From a bacterium (GTDB lineage: Archaea; Thermoplasmatota; E2; JACPAO01; JAHFTW01): a stretch of 64,000 bases of DNA. The notes under the pieces are model-generated. The model worked only from the letters and a program-made list of their open reading frames with translations. It searched no databases and was not told the DNA's origin. A program made the position numbers and the translations under genes. Location of the stretch: positions 64,001 to 128,000 of the forward strand of contig JAZJZE010000004.1 of assembly GCA_040390065.1 (NCBI GenBank), written 5' to 3'. Positions 1 through 9,025 of this stretch are shown in pieces. Every line of letters starts with the position of its first letter. Position 1 is the first letter of the stretch.

Positions 1-2120
1 TCCCCTGCGTCAGCGTCCAGGGTCAGTCGGCCGGGTCCACGCCGGCCCCGACGCCGCTCGATATCCTCACCGATCCGGCCAAGGACGTGCACGTCCAGGG
101 GCAGGGCGCCGACCAGGCCATCCCGGACGCCCGCTACAAAGCCCTCGACCTCGTCGGGGCGACCATCCAGGAGACGGCGGACCAGTTCATCGTGAAGGTG
201 CAGGTGGCAAGCCTTGCCGACCACGACATCATCATCGCGGAGGACGGCGCCTACACTGTGCACTTCGTCTACCAGGAGATCCAGTTCGGCGTGGTGATGA
301 ACCGCTACGTCTCCAACCAGGACTACCTGTACGGCCAACTCCTGCGCTACGACGAGGGCGCGAAGCAGCCGAGCTACGTCGGGTACGTGGACGTGACCGA
401 AGACACAACGGCGGGCGTCGTGACCGGCATCTTCGAACGCACCGCCATCACCGACCGCAACGGGGCGTCGCCCTTCCCCGGCCGATTCCTCGATGGTTTC
501 TGGGCCGACAGCCACCTGCCGTACGCCAACGGCCCCTTCATCGGTCTCGGAATCACGAGCGTCTCGTTTCCGGCCGACGTCACCGACCGCATGCCAGACA
601 CCGGCAACGGCCTGAAGCCGCTTGCGATCCAGCTCGGCCTGAAGCAGCAGGGCCACGCGCTGTTGACCAGCGACGACCCGATGCGCGCCTCCAACGGCGA
701 GGCCACCACCTTCGTCTTCACGGCGAAGGCGAAGAACCTCGGCACCGAGGAGGACCTTTTCGAGATGGTGCCGACGGCGGCGCCTTCGAACTGGGCTGTC
801 ACCATCCCGGACCAGTTCCTGCGCCTCAAGGGCGGCGAGGAGAAGACCATCCCGATCCTGGTGAGCGTGCCGTTCTACCACGTGCACGGCGATGCCAAGC
901 GCTTCGTGCTCGAGATGCAAAGCAAGACGGATCCTGCGACGGTTGGACGCGTTGGGCTGGGCGTGCGATACTACGCCATCCCGCAACCCGCGGGCCACCA
1001 CCCGCAGCTCTGGGTCCACAGCCAAGGGTACGGCAAGGCCGACGACCCCGTCTACATGGGCCTCAGCAAGGTGTTCACCGGCAACGTCGGGTACAACTTC
1101 ATGAACGCCCAGATGGACGACACGTCCGACCAGAAGCTCGAAGTGACGGGTCAGAACTGGGGCTACTACTGCGACCAGAGCTGCTCCAACACGGACCTGC
1201 CGCGCAGCTTGTGGAAGTGGTACGTCTTCCTGTCCCCTGGTCTCGAGATGGGCCTCGACTTCGACCTCGCCAAGGAAGGGCAGCTCTCCATCCCCATCAA
1301 GACGACGCTCAACCTGCCGAAGGCGCAACTGGATGCCAACCTCTGGCACTACGCGTACGACGAGAAAACGGGGCGGTCCAACCAGACCCTCGTGGGCCGC
1401 TTCGCGCCTGCCGACCCTATCGACCTCGGCGCTGGCGACTCGCACACGTTCGACTTCAAGTGGAAGGCCGGCAAGGGAGCCGACTACCTGGCGTACCACA
1501 AGTACGCCGGCCTCGTCCTGGAGGTCAACTTCACGAGCATCTCGCCAGCTCTGTTCCTCGCTCCAGGGGCTCCGATGATGGAACCGGGCGCGACGATCGT
1601 CATGCCCCTCATCGAGTACCACGATCCAATCGCCGATGCGTTTGCGGCGGCGAGCGCCGTCAAGCTCCAGCCCACGACGGACCTGAACCGCGTCGTCAAC
1701 TCGGGCAAGACCGTCGTGTACCAGGCGACCCTCCTGAACGGCGAAGCGCACAGCGCCAAGTTCCAGGTCGCGATGGAAGGCGTCAACAAGCAGTGGGCCG
1801 AAATCCTGACACCAGGACCCATCAGTGTCGACGGCAGCATGAGTGCCCCTGTTCGCTTCGCGCTGCACGTGCCGGCCACGGCAACACCGTTGGACGCCAC
1901 GGACTTCGTGCTCACCGTCCAGGACACCATGGACCCGTCGCAACGCGCCCTGCTGCACTTCACGGCGCGCATCGACAACACGCAAAATGTCCCGGATGAG
2001 CAACCGAACATCGATTCCTTGCGCAGTGAACCCGCCGCGAAGTCGTCCCCGGCCCCCGTCGGCATCGCCCTCGCAGTTGCGCTCCTTGGTGCCGCCCTTC
2101 TGCGGCGTCGCAAAGATTAG
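1..2120 (+). CDS. Large secreted/surface protein with Ig-like (NEW3/CARDB-like) domains and C-terminal sorting signal; 5'-partial
   Basis: Frame is open from base 3 (no stop upstream of the 87 GTG), so the start lies outside the window. Ends SPAPVGIALAVALLGAALLRRRKD (TM helix + basic tail, PGF-CTERM-like). Confidence 0.75.
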   Translation, partial: PCVSVQGQSAGSTPAPTPLDILTDPAKDVHVQGQGADQAIPDARYKALDLVGATIQETADQFIVKVQVASLADHDIIIAEDGAYTVHFVYQEIQFGVVMNRYVSNQDYLYGQLLRYDEGAKQPSYVGYVDVTEDTTAGVVTGIFERTAITDRNGASPFPGRFLDGFWADSHLPYANGPFIGLGITSVSFPADVTDRMPDTGNGLKPLAIQLGLKQQGHALLTSDDPMRASNGEATTFVFTAKAKNLGTEEDLFEMVPTAAPSNWAVTIPDQFLRLKGGEEKTIPILVSVPFYHVHGDAKRFVLEMQSKTDPATVGRVGLGVRYYAIPQPAGHHPQLWVHSQGYGKADDPVYMGLSKVFTGNVGYNFMNAQMDDTSDQKLEVTGQNWGYYCDQSCSNTDLPRSLWKWYVFLSPGLEMGLDFDLAKEGQLSIPIKTTLNLPKAQLDANLWHYAYDEKTGRSNQTLVGRFAPADPIDLGAGDSHTFDFKWKAGKGADYLAYHKYAGLVLEVNFTSISPALFLAPGAPMMEPGATIVMPLIEYHDPIADAFAAASAVKLQPTTDLNRVVNSGKTVVYQATLLNGEAHSAKFQVAMEGVNKQWAEILTPGPISVDGSMSAPVRFALHVPATATPLDATDFVLTVQDTMDPSQRALLHFTARIDNTQNVPDEQPNIDSLRSEPAAKSSPAPVGIALAVALLGAALLRRRKD

Positions 2121-2233
2121 CGCCGCAGCGCAAGCAGGAGCAGCAGCGAGTACAGCGCGGAGAGCGTCCAGCGCAGCAACCGGAAGTGTCGCTCGGCTTG
2201 CTCGCGGGCCCAGTCGTCAGGTCGCAAAGCCAT
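2117..2233 (-). CDS. Putative 38-aa membrane micropeptide
   Basis: Manual translation MALRPDDWAREQAERHFRLLRWTLSALYSLLLLLALRR*. Its stop overlaps the convergent gene by 4 nt, as in other gene pairs here. Confidence 0.35.
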   Translation of the reverse strand: MALRPDDWAREQAERHFRLLRWTLSALYSLLLLLALRR

Positions 2234-2354
2234 ACTCCGGCATGCACGCCGCAGCATTCATGGCCACTGGGGTGGGGTCGGTGAACGCCGGCGGCGATAT
2301 CCCTCCGTCGCCAAACCGCCTAAATATGGCCTCCAAGTCGGCGCCGCCATGGGC

Positions 2355-2801
2355 ATGGAACAGACCTTCGTCATGATCAAGCCGGACGCCGTCCAGCGCG
2401 GACTTGTCGGCCAGATCGTGGCCCGCTTCGAGGCCAAGGGCCTGAAGATCAAGGCGATGCGCCTCGAGATGGCGGATCCCAAGGTCGTCGAGGCGCACTA
2501 TGCGGTGCACAAAGCGCGCCCGTTCTACAACTCCCTCATCGCGTACATCACGAGCGGCCCCGTCGTCCCCATGTTCGTCGAGGGTGAATCCGCCATCGCC
2601 GTCAGCCGCAACCTCATGGGCGCCACGAATCCAGTCCAGGGCAAACCCGGCGAGATCCGCTTCGACTTCGCGCAGACCATCGGCCGCAACATCATCCACG
2701 GCTCCGACTCCGCCGAGACGGCCAAGTTCGAGCTCGGCCTGTGGTTCCCGAAAGGCGGCGCCGAGTACACGCTCGCCGCGGACGCCTTCCTGTTCGAGTA
2801 G
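2355..2801 (+). CDS. ndk: Nucleoside diphosphate kinase
   Basis: EQTFVMIKPDAVQRGLVG and NIIHGSDS catalytic motif. Confidence 0.97.
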   Translation: MEQTFVMIKPDAVQRGLVGQIVARFEAKGLKIKAMRLEMADPKVVEAHYAVHKARPFYNSLIAYITSGPVVPMFVEGESAIAVSRNLMGATNPVQGKPGEIRFDFAQTIGRNIIHGSDSAETAKFELGLWFPKGGAEYTLAADAFLFE

Positions 2802-2803
2802 CC

Positions 2804-3544
2804 ATGGCCGACGCGGCGCCGACCCCGTGGGTCTTCCGCTACCGCAGCCTCCTCATCGGCCTCGCCTTCGGCGCCTCCGCAGGCCTCGGCGAACTCCTCG
2901 GCCGCCTGGCATTCTTCGACCAGTTCGTCGGCACCCTGAGCCTGCCGGCGCATCTCCTCCTCTATCGGCCCTCCGGTCTGGCAGGCCCGGCCTGGCCGCT
3001 TGCCGTGCCCATCGCCTTCGGCGTCGTCGGCGCCGCCATTCGCTTCTGGGGCACGAGCTACCTGCGCGGACACGTCATGGCCGACCGCGAGATGCACTCC
3101 GACCGCCTCATCATCGCCGGCCCCTTCCGCTACGTCCGCAATCCGCTCTACGTGGGCAACCTGTTCATCGCCGTCGCCTTCGGCGCCTTCTATCGGCCGC
3201 CGGCCCTGGTCCTCGCCGTGGCCTTCATGGCGTTGGTCCTTTCCGTCGTCGCGGCGGCGGAAGCACGCGGCTTGCGGGCGCGGCATGGCGCGTCTTACGA
3301 CGCATATGCCAAGGAAGTCCACGCCTTCGTTCCGACCTTCCGGCCCGCCGCCGCAACCGCCGACATCCAGCCCGATTGGCTGAACGGGCTGACCAGCGAA
3401 GCCTGGGGGGCTCTCATCCCTGCCTACCTCGCGGCCGTGACGCTGCGCAACCAGAACCTTGGCTTGGCCATTCTCGCCGTCGTGGTGGCGGGCTTGCTGT
3501 ACCGCAAGGCTGTGAACCGTCGGGCTCGCGCCGTCCAGCCCTAG
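2804..3544 (+). CDS. Isoprenylcysteine carboxyl methyltransferase / PEMT family membrane protein
   Basis: LIIAGPFRYVRNPLYVG motif, EARGL...G.SY..Y...V, several TM segments. Confidence 0.85.
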   Translation: MADAAPTPWVFRYRSLLIGLAFGASAGLGELLGRLAFFDQFVGTLSLPAHLLLYRPSGLAGPAWPLAVPIAFGVVGAAIRFWGTSYLRGHVMADREMHSDRLIIAGPFRYVRNPLYVGNLFIAVAFGAFYRPPALVLAVAFMALVLSVVAAAEARGLRARHGASYDAYAKEVHAFVPTFRPAAATADIQPDWLNGLTSEAWGALIPAYLAAVTLRNQNLGLAILAVVVAGLLYRKAVNRRARAVQP

Positions 3545-4137
3545 GTTGACCTAGCAGCCTTCAGCGCCCGCGCGTACCATTCGACATCGCCGAGGAACTT
3601 GTCGATGCGTTTGTCCCAGGCATCCTTGTCCACCAGTGGGCCGTCGGGGCCGAACGTCCTCGAGATGCCTTGCACGGGCACGTGGGACGGCACGCACACG
3701 GCCTCCAAGCCCGCGATGACCTGACGCAGCGAGTCGATGGCGCGCAGCCCTCCAGAAACGCCGCCGCACGCGACAAGGCCGAAGGGCTTGCGGTTCCAGG
3801 GCCGAAGGGTCGAGTCGAGGAGGTTCTTGAGCGCCCCGGGGAACGAATAGTTGTACTCTGGCGTCACGATGACGAAGCCGTCGGCGGCGTGCATCTGCAG
3901 GATGAAACGGCGCAGGTCGTCCGAGATGGCGATGCCGGTCGCCGGCTCCTTCGGGTCCAGGTCCGGCAACTCGATGACACGGCTGCGCAGGTTGCCAAAA
4001 TCATGGTCACGCGGGTCCACGAAGGGTGACGTCACGCCCGGGCGGGACGAGAGGCGCATGTGGACGTAGCGCGCGAGCGCTTCGGATTTCCGTCCCTCGC
4101 GGACCGTGCCGAGAATCACTGGGACGTTGAGGTCCAC
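3541..4137 (-). CDS. NADPH-dependent FMN reductase (flavodoxin-like)
   Basis: ILGTVREGRKS and VTPEYNYSFPGALKNLLD; GTG start at 4137 inferred. Confidence 0.9.
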   Translation of the reverse strand: MDLNVPVILGTVREGRKSEALARYVHMRLSSRPGVTSPFVDPRDHDFGNLRSRVIELPDLDPKEPATGIAISDDLRRFILQMHAADGFVIVTPEYNYSFPGALKNLLDSTLRPWNRKPFGLVACGGVSGGLRAIDSLRQVIAGLEAVCVPSHVPVQGISRTFGPDGPLVDKDAWDKRIDKFLGDVEWYARALKAARST

Positions 4138-4222
4138 GGCGCAGCCACCGGTTTGTGGCCCTTGACCCTTCGCCCCGGAGCAGGGGCAAAACCCGCAAAT
4201 AGCGGCCTCCTGTGGGCCAAGC

Positions 4223-6247
4223 ATGGCCGACGACCGCACCGCCGAGGAGAAGCTCGCCGACGCGCTGGCGGCTGAACTCGAGGCCGAATTCGCCGACGAG
4301 GTCGAGGGCGAAGCCGAATCGTCCGAGGGCGAGAGCCACGCGGCCCCCCAACCCAAGGTGCCCGCGAAGCCTGAACCCAAGGCCGTCGAGGCGTCTGCTG
4401 AATCCATTGCCAAGGCCAAGGAGCAGGGCCAGAAGGCGACGGAAGGCGACGCTGACAAGGCCCTCGCGGCACTCGAGGCGAAGTCCGCGACGTCGTACAC
4501 GCGCCACCCCATCGTCTCCGTCCTCGGCCACGTCGACCACGGCAAGACGTCCATCCTCGACCGCATCCGGGGCACCAAGGTCTTCGACCGCGAAGCCGGA
4601 GCCATCACACAGCACATCGGCGCGTCCGAGGTCCCGCTGTCGACGATCTACGAGCGTTGCGGCATTATCCTGAAGGGCAAGAAATTCACCGTGCCCGGCC
4701 TTCTCTTCATCGACACCCCGGGCCACCACGCCTTCGCGAGCCTGCGCTCCCGCGGCGGGCAACTGGCAGACATCGCCATCGTCGTCGTCGACATGACGGA
4801 GGGCCTCATGCCGCAGAGCCTGGAGGCCATCAGCATTCTGCGTCGCAGCAAGACGCCCTTCATCATCGCGGCCAACAAGGTCGACCGGTGCCAAGGCTGG
4901 GTCACGGCGGACAAGCCCTTCATCCTGAACGTACGCGACCAGGGCCCGACGGCTCTTGCGGACTTCGACGACAAGTTCTACCGGCTGATTGCGGCCCTGT
5001 CGGAACTCGGCCTGCCGACGGAGCGCTACGACCGCATCAACGACTTCACGCGCAACATCGCGATCGTCCCGACCTGCGCCCGCAGCGGGGAGGGCATCCA
5101 GGACTTGCTGGCCATGCTGGTCGGCCTGGCCCAGAAGTTCCTCGAAGGCCGGCTGGAGACCGATGAGCAGAGCCCGGGCGAGGGGACCGTCCTCGAGGTC
5201 AAGGAGGACAAGGGCCTGGGGACGGTCCTTGACGTCGTCCTCTACGCCGGCAGCATCCGCAAGGGCGACCGCATCCTCGTGGGCACCCACAACGAGCCAC
5301 TCGAGACGCCCATCAAGGCGCTTCTCAAGCCGGCGCCCAACGACGAGATGCGCGACGCCCGAAAGGCCTTCAGCAAGGTCGACGAGGTCATCGCGGCAGC
5401 CGGCCTCAAGCTCCTGGCGCCCAACCTGGAAGGCGTCGTCGCCGGAGCACCGCTTCGCGTCATCCGGGGCGACAACTGGCAGGCCGCCTACGACGCCGTC
5501 GCCTCCGCCAGCAAGCCCCAGGTCGAGTTGGCCGACACGGGTGTCTTCGTCAAGGCTGACACGATTGGCGGCCTCGAAGCCCTCGCGGGTGAGTTGAAGG
5601 CCCGAGCCATTCCCATCCGCGACGCACAAGTCGGTGACGTGAGCCGCCGCGACGTCGTGTCTGCCGCCAGCATGACGGACCCGCTAAGCCGCGTCATCCT
5701 CGGCTTCTCGGTGAAGATGCTCCCGGACGTCGAAGGCGAGGCCAAGGCGCGCGAGCTCCCCGTCTTCACGAATCCCATCATCTATTCGCTTCTCGATGAC
5801 TACGACGCATGGCGCAAGGCCGAGGCGGAGCGCGTCGAGAAGGCCAAGCGCGTCGAGCACATCCATCCGGCGAAGATCAAGTTCCTCGCGGGCTGCAGCT
5901 TCCGCATGCGGGACCCCGCCGTCTTCGGCGTGCGCGTGCTGGCCGGCGCCATCAAGCCGGGCCGCATGCTCTTGCGCGACGACGGCAAGCCCATCGGCCG
6001 CATCAAGTCCATCCAGAAGGACAACAAGACGGTGACCGAGGCCAAACTCGGCGACGAAGTCGCCGTGAGCGTGCACGGCCCCACGATTGGGCGGCAAATC
6101 AACGAGGAGGACATCCTCTACCTCGACATCCCCGAGTACGACGCCAAGTGGCTGTTGACGCAAGGAAAAATCACGCCGGAGGAGAAGGACGTCCTCGTCG
6201 AGTTCCTCAAGGTGCGGCGCAAGGAGGACAAGTTTTGGGGGATGTGA
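4223..6247 (+). CDS. infB: Archaeal translation initiation factor aIF5B (IF-2)
   Basis: GHVDHGKT, EAGAITQHIGA, DTPGH, NKVD GTPase motifs; archaeal-type C-terminus ending FWGM. Confidence 0.97.
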   Translation: MADDRTAEEKLADALAAELEAEFADEVEGEAESSEGESHAAPQPKVPAKPEPKAVEASAESIAKAKEQGQKATEGDADKALAALEAKSATSYTRHPIVSVLGHVDHGKTSILDRIRGTKVFDREAGAITQHIGASEVPLSTIYERCGIILKGKKFTVPGLLFIDTPGHHAFASLRSRGGQLADIAIVVVDMTEGLMPQSLEAISILRRSKTPFIIAANKVDRCQGWVTADKPFILNVRDQGPTALADFDDKFYRLIAALSELGLPTERYDRINDFTRNIAIVPTCARSGEGIQDLLAMLVGLAQKFLEGRLETDEQSPGEGTVLEVKEDKGLGTVLDVVLYAGSIRKGDRILVGTHNEPLETPIKALLKPAPNDEMRDARKAFSKVDEVIAAAGLKLLAPNLEGVVAGAPLRVIRGDNWQAAYDAVASASKPQVELADTGVFVKADTIGGLEALAGELKARAIPIRDAQVGDVSRRDVVSAASMTDPLSRVILGFSVKMLPDVEGEAKARELPVFTNPIIYSLLDDYDAWRKAEAERVEKAKRVEHIHPAKIKFLAGCSFRMRDPAVFGVRVLAGAIKPGRMLLRDDGKPIGRIKSIQKDNKTVTEAKLGDEVAVSVHGPTIGRQINEEDILYLDIPEYDAKWLLTQGKITPEEKDVLVEFLKVRRKEDKFWGM

Positions 6248-6314
6248 GCAAAGCGAACATTCACCAGCGAGCGCTGGACGGCTTGCCGGCCAGTGCGGTT
6301 TGGGGGATGTGAGG

Positions 6315-6761
6315 ATGGTCCTTCGCGCGTTCCTTTTCGCCCCGTCGGCCGCGAGTCACCGCCGCGACGTCGAGGAGATCCGCGGTTTCCTGCCCGCCCT
6401 CTCCACGACGCAGGTCATGGACTCGGCGTACCGCCGCTCCGGGGCGCGTCAATCCGCCATGGGATTCGCGCAGGGCGTCGTGGTCGGTGCCCTCGGCAAC
6501 CTGTTCGCCTCAGCCCTGGGCCACTTCATCGACCGTTCAGGGTCAACGCCTTGGGCTTGGCCCGACGCCGCCTGGGCGGCCATCGGGCTCGTTGCCATCC
6601 TGGTCATCGTCAGCATGACCATCGGCGCATTCCGTAGGTATCGGCAGAACACCCAAGTGGAAGCGCTCTTTCTCGCCGAGTTCCGGCGGCGCGGCGGACG
6701 CGCGGACGACGACCGCGAGGATCCCGACGAACTGCTGGGAGTCGGTGGGCCAAGTCGCTAG
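6315..6761 (+). CDS. Hypothetical 2-TM membrane protein
   Basis: Two hydrophobic segments; CTAG overlap with convergent gene. Confidence 0.55.
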   Translation: MVLRAFLFAPSAASHRRDVEEIRGFLPALSTTQVMDSAYRRSGARQSAMGFAQGVVVGALGNLFASALGHFIDRSGSTPWAWPDAAWAAIGLVAILVIVSMTIGAFRRYRQNTQVEALFLAEFRRRGGRADDDREDPDELLGVGGPSR

Positions 6762-7267
6762 CCAAACAAGTCGTTCCAGATGCCCGTGAACGTGTCGAGG
6801 TCCTCGGGGATGGGCGTGAAGTTGGCGAGCATCCCCGTCACGTGCGTCGGCTCCGACAAGCAGTAGATGCGCTGCCGGCCGGCACGGCGCACCTCGACCA
6901 GCCCGGCCTTGACGAGAAGCGCGAGATGGTAGCTCGTGCTCGCCTTGGCAAGGTCGAGGCGGCGCGCAATGTCGCCTTGCGCCATCTCGGTCTCGGACAG
7001 CAGGAGAACGGTGATGCGCAGGGCGACGGCGTGGCGCATGAGGCAGAGGAATTCCATCTCGCGACGGCTCCAGCGCGGCTTGCCGACGGCGGGAAAGTAG
7101 CGGGCGAAGCCGGGCTCCTGGATGCATTGCACTTGGCCTTCGTGCTCCAACTGTTCCAGGTGGTAGGCAGCCAGGCGGCTGGGCAGCCCGAGTCGTCGTT
7201 CAATCTCGCGGACATGGATGCCGGGGTAACGGCTCACGTAGTCCAGCACGAGTTTGCGGGCAGGCAT
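6758..7267 (-). CDS. Tandem winged-HTH (ArsR-like, COG3398-type) transcriptional regulator
   Basis: YVSRYPGIHVREIERRLG...YHLEQLE and second HTH STSYHLALLVKAGLV. Confidence 0.85.
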   Translation of the reverse strand: MPARKLVLDYVSRYPGIHVREIERRLGLPSRLAAYHLEQLEHEGQVQCIQEPGFARYFPAVGKPRWSRREMEFLCLMRHAVALRITVLLLSETEMAQGDIARRLDLAKASTSYHLALLVKAGLVEVRRAGRQRIYCLSEPTHVTGMLANFTPIPEDLDTFTGIWNDLFG

Positions 7268-7545
7268 CACGGCCTCCGCGACAGAAGTGGCCACGCGATG
7301 AGGGCGACGGCGGCAAGGTCGGCGAGGCTGAAGGCGGATTCCTCGAATGCGCTGCCTTCGTGGCCATCCGCCAAGTCGACGGCCTTCACGAGGCTCTTCA
7401 CGGCCAGGAGGAGAAACGCGAGGACGACGAAGTGGATGCGGCGGTTGCCCGTGCGCACGACAGCTCGCCAGGCGCCGAATGCGATGAGCGCGCAGAGGAT
7501 GGCGACGGCCCCCACCAGCAGGGCGGGAAGGGTGGCTGTGGGCAT
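7267..7545 (-). CDS. Small 3-TM membrane protein
   Basis: Three hydrophobic helices; coupled to flanking genes. Confidence 0.7.
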   Translation of the reverse strand: MPTATLPALLVGAVAILCALIAFGAWRAVVRTGNRRIHFVVLAFLLLAVKSLVKAVDLADGHEGSAFEESAFSLADLAAVALIAWPLLSRRP

Positions 7546-7998
7546 CTAGCCAGCCACGGTGAAGGTGCCCTTCATGCCGAGGGCATAGTGGCTGCCGGGG
7601 TTGGTCTTGCCGCCGACCTCGCAGTAGACCTCGAAGGTTCCCGGTGTCGCGACCGTGAACGACGATGCGCGGCCGCCGTCGAGGCTCGTGCGCTTCGTGA
7701 CGTGAGGCCCTGTCTCGTGCTCGATGGCGCCGTAGCCCGGGTAGTCGACGCGGACGTCGTGGAAGATGTCGTCGTCGTTGACCACGATGAAGCGCACCTT
7801 CTCGCCCTTGTTGGCGCACGTCTGGCCGGGGTCCAAGTACTGGTTCTGGTGGCCCGAGTCATGGCTGCCGATGTGGATGGTGATCTCGCGCACGCCCTGC
7901 GTCACGACGCCGCTTACGTCGCCGGGGCACGACACGGTGGAGCCGCCGCAGCCGGACAACCCCAGGCCCAGAAGGAGAAGGAGTGCCATTCGGCGCAT
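7546..7998 (-). CDS. Cupredoxin (plastocyanin/azurin-like) lipoprotein
   Basis: LSGC lipobox; type-1 copper ligands H...YCEVG..H.ALGMKG. Confidence 0.88.
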   Translation of the reverse strand: MRRMALLLLLGLGLSGCGGSTVSCPGDVSGVVTQGVREITIHIGSHDSGHQNQYLDPGQTCANKGEKVRFIVVNDDDIFHDVRVDYPGYGAIEHETGPHVTKRTSLDGGRASSFTVATPGTFEVYCEVGGKTNPGSHYALGMKGTFTVAG

Positions 7999-8080
7999 GC
8001 GCGGGCCATCGTGGAGGCATCAAATAACCATGGTTCGAAAACCGAGGAAAAGCCATATAGCGGCCTTCGTTGGCCCGGGC

Positions 8081-8758
8081 ATGCGCCTGTTTGGTCTTGT
8101 CGCCCTCCTGTTGCTGGCCGCCACCGTGTTTGCCGGTTGTTCCGGCGACGATGAAGGAAACTACCGCGGTTCGGCGACGGCGGAGGCCCGCGAAAAGTTC
8201 GATGGGACGCTGCTTGGCGCAATCCCCGCCGGCTGGAAGGTGGTGACCGGTTCCTGGGGCACGACGGTCCAGCTCAGCGCTCCCAGTGGGCCAAATGTCA
8301 TGAAGCAGACGGCAACGGTTGTCGACACGTTCCCCGTCCTCATCAACAACGGCGCGGGCACCTTCGGCAACTTCGAGGCGTACGTCAAGTTCGACATCCT
8401 GAACGGCACGGCGGCCCAAGCCGGCGGCCTGGCGTTCCGCTTCGTCGACAAGGACAACTACTACGCCGTCCGCTACAACAACAACGAAGGCACGTGGAAC
8501 ATCTTCCGGTGGATGGGTGGCCAGAGGGAGAAGTTCGACGGCGTTGCGGGCGCCCCCTCGGCGGGCCTGAACCAGTGGATCGAGCTCAAGGTCGAGGCAG
8601 AGGGGACCCACATCCAGGCCTGGGCCAACAACGTCAAGGTCATCGATTACACGGAAGGAAACGGCGGCGCGCCCAAGCTTGGAAAGATCGGGCTCTGGAC
8701 GAAGGACGACTCCATCGTGTCGTTCGACGACTTCGAGGCCGAGCCCAAGACCGACTAG
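8081..8758 (+). CDS. Lipoprotein with DUF1080/ConA-like lectin-glucanase domain
   Basis: FAGC lipobox; GLAFRFVDKDNYY, W..LKVE..G..I, GKIGLW...SFDDF. Confidence 0.8.
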   Translation: MRLFGLVALLLLAATVFAGCSGDDEGNYRGSATAEAREKFDGTLLGAIPAGWKVVTGSWGTTVQLSAPSGPNVMKQTATVVDTFPVLINNGAGTFGNFEAYVKFDILNGTAAQAGGLAFRFVDKDNYYAVRYNNNEGTWNIFRWMGGQREKFDGVAGAPSAGLNQWIELKVEAEGTHIQAWANNVKVIDYTEGNGGAPKLGKIGLWTKDDSIVSFDDFEAEPKTD

Positions 8759-9025
8759 AGGTCATTGCATAGCTTCCAGGGTGCCTGCGTCGTTTTCTGG
8801 CCTTCGCGATCCTGGCGGGGGCGGTTGCCGGCGGGCCGGAAGCCCGCCAAGGCCGGCGCCGCCAGGAATGTGTGGCCGGAAAACGACCCGCACGGGCGCG
8901 CCGCTTTGCGGCGGATTGCGTCGTCGCTTGGACCTCGTCGTGGCGCTGCCACGAAGTCGGCCCAACCTCCTAGCACTCCTTGCAAACCGGCGCGCGCAGG
9001 CCTCCTGCAGGTTATGCAATGACCT
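8759..9025. mobile_element. MITE (267 bp) with 22-bp imperfect TIRs, flanked by CTAG
   Basis: Left AGGTCATTGCATAGCTTCCAGG vs reverse complement of right AGGTCATTGCATAACCTGCAGG (19/22, first 13 perfect); CTAG at 8755-8758 and 9026-9029; no credible CDS inside. Confidence 0.85.
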
